Below are positions 45,520 through 64,000 of a stretch of DNA of 64,000 bases, one piece after another. The notes below the pieces were generated by a model, which made no database searches, was not told the DNA's origin, and saw nothing but the letters and a program-made list of their open reading frames with translations. Source of the DNA: Styela clava. Lineage: Eukaryota. The DNA lies in contig NC_135252.1 in the NCBI RefSeq assembly GCF_964204865.1, positions 15,810,001 through 15,874,000 of the forward strand, written 5' to 3'. Position numbers and translations under genes: made by a program. Numbering within the stretch: position 1 is the first letter of the stretch; every line of letters begins with the position of its first letter.

Positions 45520-48500
45520 CAGTGGCGTAACTACCCATTAGATCTTGTGGGTAAATCCAGGGGCACGTTGCTGGAGGGCGGCCAAACGAAGCGGAAAAAC
45601 GTTTTAAATGAATCAAGGCAGTCACATTAAACGACCTAATTTACCAATGAAGCCAAAAAATTACACAAGATATACGTCTAAACCAGGTGTTTTATGGCTC
45701 GTGGCCCCCTTCCGGCGCATTTTTGCACTCGCGGTCTCCGTGTTCGCCATTCCAAAAAACGAAACGTGTTGGATTGTATTATGTGTTTACGACCTATTAT
45801 GGAATGCAAAAACAAACCACAGACTAGAAAGTAAACGCTCTCCAGTATACAATCAAAGAGAATTTATCGTATTAGGCGCAGTCTTTTTTATAGCTAGACG
45901 AATGTCAACATCAAAACGGTTTATAAATTTTGTTTTTGTGGTAAGAAAAATTGGCTTTTGCTCCGACAGAAACCCGAACTTAGTCAATGTGCGTTCCTGT
46001 CAAATATAACTCGCTTGGCAGCAAAGAAACCGATGCCAACGTTTTTCACCGGGGGTGATTTTTTCGCGGTATTTTGGAGTTCAGATGGACGTAATGATTT
46101 ATTGCTCATTACATACGAGCAATGCCAGCATTAATCATATTCTCTGGCATCTCACTTTACTTTGGTAAAGTCAACGGAACTGTTGTTGATACATCTTGAA
46201 GTTGTGCTTGAAGGCCCAGGAACGCAGCTATTCATGTGTTCATCCAAAACGGAACTGTAGTTCAATTTTCGTAATTGCGTCTATAATACGCTAGCAAAGG
46301 TTATCTCGCAGTCGAGTGGAACTGCCGTTCTGTAGGACCAGACGGCCTGCCGGCAAACTATTTTCCTTGGTAGATTTCAAATTCCATTATGATCAAACAA
46401 TTCACGCACAAGAAAGTGAATACACCCTGTGATCGCAAATAATCCTATTCAGGTAATGAAACTGCCGTGGAAAGTATGCAAACGAAGTCGCTATAAAATA
46501 GATTATTAGTCTTGTGTCGTGCCCCCCCCCCCACGAACTGCTTCGTGGCCCCTGTAGGGACCCCCCGGAGGAGAACCGCTGCACTAGTACAATCAAGTGA
46601 TTTTACATTTAAAAATGACGCTACAGCGCTGGACGTCCTGTGGTGGTTTGCAAACATCGTTTATGTGAATCAACACCTTATTGGACACGTAGTGGACATA
46701 ACGATCGTTTCAAAATTTTGTTGTTATTGTTATTATTTGTCTCCATCAACACGTTTTGAAGAAATCGCTTTTCTCTTCGAATACTGGACCAATTGCTTTG
46801 AAATTTTCAGTGGTTAAAGATAAAAATTTTCTCCAGAAGGCTATTACTTTTTTTTTCGCTATGACGTCATCAAAATTATGTGACGCTACGTGTCCATATA
46901 TTTGAGCATAGCTCTATTGTTTATTCATGAATCTCAAGCTTTACCTCACTGTTGCCGTTTCTTTCACAAGCTGCGAATAACGAAGTCAAAACCTAAGTTG
47001 ATAATGTTTTACTTGAGATCGACTATGGGAGAAAGCAGACTGTCTGTGCCAGCAATACTGCCCATTGAAAGTGATTTAGTCGAGACATTATCTTTTGACG
47101 ATATAATTTCTGAATTTGCTTCAAAGAAAACTAGACATTGAATTTGGAACTTTCGATAAAATTTACTATTCACTGCTTCAATTCTTCTGTTGTGTGGAAT
47201 TTTATTCAGCTTTTACGACGGTGTTGAGGGGGCGGCATTTCGCGCAAAGATCCAGGGGCGCCACATTGCGTTGTTATGCCACCAATGACATTAAACAACA
47301 TGATGCGCAACTCCGGCATTTTTGTCCGAAGATCGTATTCGATAGCACGCTCCAATGCACATACTTGACGAGACGAAAACGAGCGGATGTGTGCTGCTTT
47401 CAAGGCGTAGCACGAATGGTGTTCGTGCCTGCTTTGACAGTTGTTGTCGATTTCAATGATATTTTTGAAAGTTGGGGTAAAAAGAAATCGGTAAAAGGTA
47501 AGGTGAATACTATTGTTGTATATCACACCCGGGCATCGCACTGTTAAGTACACGTGGGAAAGCCAGCCTTTGTCAAATACTACGAAGTTATTAATTCAGT
47601 ACGGTACGTAGTTGCCCATTTGCCGAAATTACATATTTACTTATCCCTTATGGTTTCAAATAGTTCATGCACCTCCAGTTAGATTTTTTTAATCAGTGAG
47701 GATATATACTCATTGTTGATTGCTGCTCATTGTAACATACTATTACGCATTCACTTTTATTTGCGTATTGAATCAAAGTGTTAACAAGTTCACCTAACAT
47801 TTCACTCATACCGGTCTATATTGTATAGTCTGATTTCTCAAGTATTTGGAGCCACGAATGCTTGTAATTTTCTGACTAAACCCTTTTATTAGTTGGTTTA
47901 TATACCAAATTCAGTAAAATATTTTTTAAATAAAACATGAGATATTGGATTTATTAGCTTTTCCATTCTGAATCATATAGACTGCTTTATTTATTCTTAA
48001 CGAAAATTAATAAATCTCCTCTCTTTCTTCAGATGTGAAAGTTGTGGACAAACCTGTCTAAGCATTGTGAGACTCTTGCAGCACAAGAGGCAATAGCAGA
48101 AATAGTAAGTATATCAATCAAGAAATTAAGCCGACATAAAGCAAAACTTTCAACTATTCGTCTAATCTCAATTTCCTATCATTTATTCACAGGACAACTA
48201 TAGCAGACGGGGAGATATCAGAAGTCTGGCGACATATCAGTGACAGTGTGATTCCAAGAAATATAATGCAATTGAAAATAGAAATTTGCAATAGAAAAAC
48301 AACCTATGGAGGCATGCAAAGACATTTGACCCTCCGGTAGAGTTGTGTATGGCCCCCACATCCTGCAGGGCTTGAGGAAAATAATAAAAAATTCCAAAGC
48401 GTAAGATTGCTTAAGCGGTCTTATTTGTAAAAAGGCACAAAACACGCCAGACATACTTAAAACAGCTTTGGAAATGAGGATTACGGGTACCTCACTGCAC

Positions 48501-51100
48501 CTGTGTTATATTTGGTTCATCAACTTTTGGTAGTACTATAGAAGAAATTCCGGAAGGGGTATAATCATCATTCATGATAAAATACTATCATATATTTTTT
48601 GAACAACTTCAATCTAGACCAGGGATCTCGAACTCGCGGCCCCAGAGAACTTCCAGTGCGGCCCTCGATTAACAATAATTGTAATAGTATTTTGGAAGTT
48701 TTTTATTTATCTAAATGTAATAGATTTTTCAAACCTTCTAAAGTGAAATTGATTATTCACACAGAAAACAATTTACTGAAAGTAGTTTTGGAATATTGAT
48801 TTTTTTTGTCCACATTTTGACCCAATTAAGAATACACATCAAGCTAGCAAAAGAATACTTGAATAAAACACTTGAGTAATTAAATTAAACGCAAAGTACA
48901 TGAAGAAGGTGGCATTTTCGGAGAAAATGGGAGTTGTAACATTTCTGCTCTTCACAAAATTCTGAAGCACATTGTTTAATTTGTCATATTTCCATCAATA
49001 CAATCAAAAAACACAATAAGCTCAGCAGTCAATATGACAAATTCGAAGACCAACTTCGAACAGAAAATTTCCATGTGTTTGTATATTAATATAATTATAC
49101 AACGACTTAGTTACTAAAAATCAATATCAATAATAATTCAAGCAATCCTATGCCACGCAATGTAGTGCGAAATGTCTTGTCGAAAAAATCTGTCATTTGT
49201 TTTTTTACTGATCTATACATGAAATGATAAAAGTAACTTTTTTGCATTACTGGTATTAATTAAACATTCGTAAAGATCCAGATAAACCCATGATCATGTG
49301 GCCTCGTTAGTTAGAGTTGGTACTATAAAATCATTTCAGACTGGCCTTAGTATGCTGGTGACACAAAAAAAGATGCCAAACGCCAGGACAAATGTAATTA
49401 TTAAAACATTGAGTTTATACTGTAGTATTTTTGTTAATTTTAGGTTCATATATTTAGATTAAGTTATTTTTAGTGTATGTATTATTCTTTCCTTATTCAA
49501 AGCTTGTTCAAAAATGATTTTGATGGTTGTACATAGAATTTTACAATTTTTTATAATAAATACTGTAACTTGCAAATGTTGCAATAATAGTGGAATGCAA
49601 ATATTAATATGTAATTGCATTTGAAATTGAAGAAAATAATAAAACTTAATCCAACTGTTTAGTTGCATCACAATATATGTCACAAACTAAAACTATCTTA
49701 AAAATATCTTTTAAGTATACATTATCAAAAACTGTTTGCGGCTCTTTTTACAATTTTCAAAATGCAATGCGGCTCTCGAAAACCCATGAGTTTGACACCA
49801 CTGATCTATTCTAGACGATTCAAGCATTGCTTTGGGAGATTAAATTGAAATTGACTTCAATTAAATTGAAATAATCTCGCTATATTAAATACAAAATCGT
49901 TGCTATCATAAAGGTAAACCAATTCAGCCACTCGAAATATATTGGCCTTCACAAAGCAATGGAGGCAAAATTGAGAGTTCATGAGCTATGAACATTTGTC
50001 TTTTTCTTGAACTTTCCATACTCCACAGCCCCTATTATTTTTTTTTAATTTCAATTACCATGTGATGGTCATACATATCTTTAACTTGTATTTTCTGTCA
50101 TGATGTATTATCTCAATGTGCCAAACTATTAATTAGTGCGCATATTTTGCTTCCAGATGACATAAATGTATTGTCATGTTTATTACCTCAGCTTGGAGTA
50201 TTAACAAGAAAAAGGTGCCAGTAAATTAGGTAAAAAAATTTTCAACTCATTGTTATAATCAGAATTCACAATCAATAGGAATTATAAACAGCCAACAATC
50301 AGTGAGAATTATATGCGAAATCCCTCAGAATAAATTTGTCTAAAATCGGAGGAAGGCAAAAAATATAGGTAGTTTCCATCCACACAAGCATTTCAAGGAG
50401 ACTTGCTCGAGCCAAACTAAATGAGCATCGTCAGGTGATCGGTAAGGCTGCAAGTTGAAATCAGCCCTGCAACCTCCTGCATAGAAGATAATATTAATTA
50501 GTGGGCTATGAGCTAAATTCCTAAATTTAAACAAACCTCTATGATGCATTATGTACCAGCAATGTTACCTACGATTAACTGAATATGTAATATGTCTAAT
50601 AAATTCACCTACAAAAGCAAGTTCGATAGGTGCAAACTTTGTGTTATGGAATTGTATCGCAGCACAGTTTTGTATGACACCCTCTTTAAATGAAATTTCA
50701 ATGATTAAGCGCAAACATTAAAATTACTAACTTTGAACTTTGTCATTATCTGCAAAATGTTCCACACAAATCTTTCCGCTATCGCGTTTGTAATCTTCTC
50801 TGATAAAAAAAACGTCTATGATGTCCAGAATTGCTCTTTACAGCTTGCCTGTTATTCCAGCTTTCCAAGTAAGCAAAATTTCTTAGATATAGAGATTATT
50901 TTGTTTCGTTACAGGCGCAAAAAGGCAGGTACTACACGTAAAAAAGACGCCGAGTAGCAAAAGCGAGCGGAAAACGGACGCGAAAGGCGACGAGAAATAT
51001 GTGCATTGGAGCGTATCATGAAATACAATGTTTTGCCTGTAGTCTTATGGAGTGACGTCAGAGTTGCCTATCATGTTGTTTAATGTCATTGATGCCACTG
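45520..51100. mobile_element. Composite hAT insertion with 8-bp TSD and transposase dimerisation-domain remnant
   Basis: Termini CAGTGGC / GCCACTG and perfect TSD AATAAGAC (45512-45519; 51101-51108). The + strand at ~46960-47141 translates YLRSTMGESRLSVPAILPIESDLVETLSFDDIISEFASKK, the C-terminal hAT dimerisation motif of Tip100/ZMYM1-type transposases. Confidence 0.88.
48620..49803 (+). mobile_element. Charlie/SPIN-like hAT derivative nested in the composite element
   Basis: Termini CAGGGATCTCGAACTC / GAGTTTGACACCACTG, left flank ATCTAGAC (NTCTAGAN-type target) with degenerate right copy, decayed KRKVHEE...CLIC transposase start at ~48888-48990. Confidence 0.75.
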
Positions 51101-52285
51101 AATAAGACCCTGTCTTATTTTCGGGGAAACACGGTAGCTGATGAAATAGATCCGTGGATACGTATTCGATGAATTACCCGACCGAATCGCTGATTTGTGT
51201 TAAGATATATTTAGCGCTCGTGGGCATCATGATATAATGCAAAAAGTGGGCTGTAAGGGAATTTGTGAAATGTCAAAATAATTATGTAAAAAAGAAATTT
51301 TTCGATATGAGTAATCCAATAGAATATAAGAATGTAAATGAAGATTACATATCCGTTTGGAAAGAAGTTCCATAGCAAGAACTCTATAAAATGAGAGAAT
51401 TCCAGGTAATTAGGGTGTTTTGGAGTCTTTGGACTAGTTGTGTCAATTCCGATTTCAGTCTGAAATTATTATATTCAAATGCATCGTATCGCGCGAGGTG
51501 ACAAAATATATGCGATGGTGAACGTGATTTCAGGATTCAAAAGTGCATATCCAGACGCTTACTTATTTGTTTCATGCAGTATGCACGTTTTATTGTGCCA
51601 GTTTTGTGATCGGAATCGGTTTCTTCCAATGAAAAGAGCAATACTGAAAATACCCGGTCGTCAAATTTCGTTAATGTTCTGTATTTTTACCATGGAAATT
51701 TGTTGTTAAACTTTGTCATAGGTGTCGCTGCTCGATCTACTCTCACCCTGAAATGCAATTGTTTACTTTGATCTGTATGTATAATGTGTATATTCAGTAT
51801 GGGGAAAAGAAAACTACCGATTGATTTACTGAGAAAATCCATCAAGCAATTTTCATAATGCATTGACCGCGAATATAATAACTCTCGTAGGCACTAGGCA
51901 TACTGAGATATTCGGCCATATATGATATTTAGCCGCTATCTTCACACATCAGTGTACAAATGTTGTTACAAAACCACACTATTCTATAACTAATGTTTTG
52001 TTTTTGTATAAATATTTTAACTGAAAATAAATAAAACTTCAAAAACCGTATCCCGAGGCCACCTCGGCTTGTTTAACGTGGGAATAATCTTCTACGTGAA
52101 GGAATTATTAATTAAACAACGGATGCAATATTTTATAATTCCTAATTATGCCATTATAGTTTCAGTATTTGATATTTGAAGAAAAAAATAATAATAAACA
52201 CAGACACGTTGTTTCACGTTATAAAAACCGGTTTGGTTGCAGATTTTATTGAAAAATAACCTTGAGCCGAGGACTGTTAGACAAA

Positions 52286-59618
<7,333 letters not shown>

Positions 59619-61329
59619 AGTGTCTTTTTTATTATTGAAATGTATGAATATTAACAATAGAAAAATACTAATTACATTCCAAAATATAATGCAAATGCTA
59701 ACGAGTTGCTTGAATCTTGGAAATAAAAAAGAATCGGAGTTGTAGCTGACTAGAACAATGCAGTGCCGTACACTGCTGACCGCGTGAGTAAGCCTTACGT
59801 TTCTAGGAAGTTCAGCAGATTGTAGAAAATTATGTCAAAGATACCAATATGTTAAAACACACCAACTGGAAGGATGTTTACAAGCAATGAAGCAAAGTTT
59901 CTCTTTATTTACTTGCGTATTTCTTTTATCAATATCTGGGCCGCTTTTTCGATGACATTCACTAGTCAACATTACCTATTCTAAATTTTTAGTGGAGAGA
60001 AGAATGACCCGAATACACCTTGAAACTGGTATTCACATTTTAGACATCGTTGGTCTCACGAATCACTTTCGAAATAGGGTAACTTTAACACAGAATTGTT
60101 GAAGACTTGTGACAATGACTTAAATGTAACAAAACTCCTTGTTTTGCGATATAATTTTGTATTTTCGGAAACGGGGGGTCGTAAAAAATAAAATCTAATT
60201 AATCGAAAATAATGTTTTAACATCTAACGTCTCTGTACACATCTTTTTTTCAAGAGAACTCGTAGGCCACGAAAAATCATTTAATTTAAAATAAAGCATG
60301 TTTCACGACTGTATTCCCAAAATACAAAATTGTTGCAATCAGGTGATCGGAAAATCCCCAGTTGGCAACAATAATAATATTATTATACGCTAACTAGATA
60401 AGTAAATTTGTAAAGCGCAAAAATGATGCAATAACTCCGCCATCGCGTTCTGATTATGCATGCTGAAATTATGGTGTTTGATGTATGCCGCTTTTGTGGA
60501 TCCATTACGAGAAAATTCTCGTCACTGATTAATAATCCAAAATACAAAAATTGACGCACGGCGCCAAAGAGGAGGAAACTAAATCCTTTTATCGGATCCT
60601 TTCGGAATCGAATACTTTGAAATTCGGTATTCTAAAAACTGAATTGCCCAACCATAGTTGAAGTGACATTGTAACATTCCTTACCCCCGTTTAGTGCTCA
60701 ATTTTAACAGAAAAAATCACTGTTTAATCGGAGGTGTGCGACCTCTCAACTCACAGTTCTCAACACTACATCCATCACGATTCCCATCAGAAGACAGTTG
60801 GTCTTGTATGGTATTGACAACTCAATTTTTTTTTAGAGTAATCACGTCTTGGATGAAATATGAAATTTATGTTCGCATGTATACATTTGGTTGAGAAGGG
60901 TCATTTCGTCATATACGTCACCAATAGTTAATTATTTGATATACATACAAATGTTAAATTAACGTTTCCCTATTGGCCCGCAGATCGCATAACCATGAAC
61001 ATGATACATACTTAAATTCCTCGACAGGCAAATAAAACTGTCGGTATTTATGAAAAGTTCAAAACCTATATATATATATATAACTTATTGAAATATTAAA
61101 ATAAAATATCTTATATTTTATTCTCTCTTTGAAAAGATAGCGTGTAGCATTTTGAAATGATTCAAACAAATAAATACTTTCGTATTATAATATTCTAATT
61201 ATCTACACAATTCTTTAAATATAACCTTTATCCATCACAATCGCAAACAAAGTGGCCATTTCTGCTGTATCCAATAATGACTAGTCTTCTTTGTTCTTTG
61301 AAGTGCAAACGAATAAAAATTCTTCTGTT

Positions 61330-63722
61330 TCATACATTTCCACAATACAAAAAATAATCATAATATATTCCCACTTGCAATAGGACTGAAAACACTGCTG
61401 CTGCAATATTTACAGTTTTCCTTCTTGTACCTGTATCAAATTATAACAAAGTAGTTTACGGTGACTCTTCAAAATATGGCGTTTCATGTGTCTGACTGCT
61501 ATATCCTCTAAACTTACAATGTGCAAAATATCAGAAATATTACAATGCGGATGAGGAGATAGGCATGGGATTTGAACTCGAGATTTAACTTGCAATCATA
61601 GTTAAATCTAATGCTTCAATCCCAAGGCCGCCATACCCACTAAAGTTGAAACAGACTGTCGAAAAAAACAGCTTTTATAAATTTCGCACATATGTTCGGT
61701 CAGAACATTAGGACTAACTATATGGATTATATCCATCACCCAGAATGGTTATAATGCCAAACTAAAAGAATTTTTCATAGTAAGGTATAAAAAAAAGCCT
61801 TATAAGAAATATCAAAACACTGCATACCAGAATCATCGATAATAACATCAGATTCCTCAAGATGACCTTCAATCTCTTCTTGAACATTTGCTATTGATGA
61901 TCCAAGTTCTTCAAAACTTTCAACATCAATGATACTTCGAGTTGCTCCAGATATTTTTTGGAGTTCTGTTCTATCAAATTTCCCAATACCAATAGGTATT
62001 AGTTTGATGTCTGAAATGCAGAATTACTTTCATTAGAAGAAGTATACTAAATATTGGCAAAACTTAGTCTCATGAATGCAGTCTAAGCAAAAAATTTCGA
62101 ATCGGGAATATCAAATATATTCTCATGGCACAATTGTTATATCTTCATGGTTATATATTGAATTATAAAATGTGGAGTTTCATAAAACTGACGACGAGTA
62201 TGAATGTTCAGAACCAGGGCAGTGCAGTCAAGAAAAACTCAAACTCCAGGTAGAGAAAAATTACACTCTTACTCCGACACTTTACTCAGACTCCGAACTC
62301 AAATTTTGATGGCGAAAACTTCCTCGTATGTGAGCTTTCTTTAATAGAATGTTAAAAATGCTAAGTGAACTTTTTGAGTTTTTGTAGAAAACCAATTTTA
62401 GTGGAAACATGCCAAATACAGACCGCACAGGAACATAAGCAAATAAAAACAATAAAAATTACTCTTATTCCTAGCTTCTTCAGCAGGACCTTCTACATCA
62501 TCATTTGATTTTCCGTCAGTGACAATTATCATAACTCTATCTGATTCAAGTCTTCCAAGAACTTCAAAGTGTTTTGTAGCCCTTGATATTGCATCCCCCG
62601 TAGCCGTACATCCTTTCAAATGACCGATATTCAAAATCTTTTGCTGGACTTCATAGAAAGAATATTCTGATAAATCAAACTCAATCTGAAAACAAAAATA
62701 TAGGAAATAAAATAGAAAAAATTGACTTTTATGACATGTATGCTACAGACAAAGAAATCACGAATAAAAATTTGAAACATGTTTAGGAATGCTATATCAC
62801 AGCATATAATGACAACAGGGAGCACTAACGACAGTAAATCAAACATGGACTTTTGTTTCAGCCTGAGCATGATTGGAAATAAACCACCCTGTTCAAATTA
62901 ACATAAGTGTGGGTGGAAATGATGGGAATCTGTATAACTTCAAGTTGAATTTGGACAAATTGATGGTTCAGCTAATATGGAAGTCTAAATTGAAGGTTAC
63001 TGCAAATCAAATATAACGTGTAAGATGTATAATCAATTTTCACAAATCTACTCACAGCATATTTTGGTATTAATTCACCAGAATCACACATGAATGTAGC
63101 TTCTCCACTGTACTGTATCAAGCCAACCTAAACATAATAACACATTACCAATGTATTGCAATGGAGATATCTTTGAAACATGATAAATAAAGTTTCTTTT
63201 TTGTAAATTGAACCAACTGCAATTTGACAACGTGAAGATATGCATAGTATATCTACTAACTTTCTGTAGTGATAACGCTATTTATAAGCATACATTGGAG
63301 TCTCTTAACCAGTGTTGTATAGGACAAGTCATCTAAACGGACTCAGATTCATTATCAACTAACTGCCAGTAAGATTAATCCAGCTATTGATTCAACTTCG
63401 GACTCGGGAGTCCAGTAACTAGACTTAACTCGTGACTCGGGGTTCGAGGACTTCTACTGCTCTTAACTATACATAATAGAGAAAGCTCTATCGAAACCAG
63501 TTGAGTTGTAATGCGACTTTTCAAATTATTTATCCTTGTCTGGCTGCTACAATGATAAAACCTATGCTTATACCCATGTTCCTCCACTGTCTATTGATCC
63601 TTTATATTCGTTCAATATCTCAAGTATATATTCCTTCATCTGAACAAACTCTTTCATTTGTAAACTTCCTGATCCATCCATAACAACCATCAAATCTAAC
63701 TGACAATTATCAGATTTACAAG
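61330..63722 (-). CDS. von Willebrand factor A domain protein, 3' portion (5' exons outside window)
   Basis: Exons 63722-63574 (DLMVVMDGSGS), 63127-63056 (VGLIQYS), 62685-62463 (GCTATGDAI...IIVTDGKSND), 62010-61828 (IPIGIG...ELQKIS). MIDAS residues DxSxS, T and D are intact. The terminal exon 61385-61330 is tentative. Confidence 0.88.
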
Positions 63723-63824
63723 CTGCAAAAATTTTAAATCAAGATGTACTAATCTCATAGGAAGGATTTAGGATGAGAAATTTATCAGTTGGAATTACGC
63801 AAGACCAACTAACTAACTATCCTC

Positions 63825-63987
63825 CCATTTTCCTTATTTTAGTTCTATTACGAGTTCGGGGACTGTCTGTGTAAGCCAAGTGAATACACCCCCTGCCCAT
63901 AGTAATCAGTCCGTGTACAAACTTGATGTACAGTAGGCGAATAAAATTAGTTACCTCCATATTGGTACACAAACTTCTGGAGCGCCG
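63825..63987. mobile_element. Family A-related MITE (right part)
   Basis: Body matches 33645-33785 and ends ACTTCTGGAGCGCC, the family A terminus. Confidence 0.75.
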
Positions 63988-64000
63988 TTTTAAGGCTAAT

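Larger units (their letters stand above)
45273..51134. mobile_element. Tc1/mariner-superfamily (Tc2/pogo-like) MITE of ~270 bp split by a 5.6-kb insertion
   Basis: 23-bp TIRs CCGTGTTTACCCGAAAATAAGAC (45273) and GTCTTATTTTCGGGGAAACACGG (ends 51134, followed by TA); one mismatch. Confidence 0.8.

Noticed and set aside
47116-47553. 143-aa and 115-aa ORFs on opposite strands
   Set aside because: They span the junction of two transposon termini; not credible proteins.

Overview
AT-rich, intron-containing animal genomic DNA. An invertebrate chordate such as an ascidian is my inference from gene content and repeat style and is not proven here. Reading splice sites by hand gives nine protein-coding loci. 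(1) Four tandem + strand paralogs (1215-17240) share one five-exon architecture and encode signal peptide + ~85-aa helical core + charged tail ending KEEL, RIEL, KDEL and KEEL. This is an ER-lumenal protein family I cannot assign to a known gene, and the ORF track shows it only as fragments. (2) A convergent two-exon gene encodes an 80-aa prepropeptide predicted to release a C-amidated 22-mer with three Cys. (3) CDK8 has 10 coding exons and an unusual Val at the gatekeeper position. (4) Importin-7 has an intronless CDS. (5) An 11-exon CYP4-family P450 lacks the heme-linking Glu. (6) The 3' part of a VWA-domain gene lies at the right edge. Intergenic and intronic DNA carries tRNA-derived SINEs, GG-terminal MITEs with telomere-like hexamers and several hAT elements, including a nested/composite 5.9-kb transposon stack. 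The best candidates for an undescribed system are the xxEL-terminated gene cluster and the neighbouring peptide precursor. No database search was possible, so novelty is unverified.
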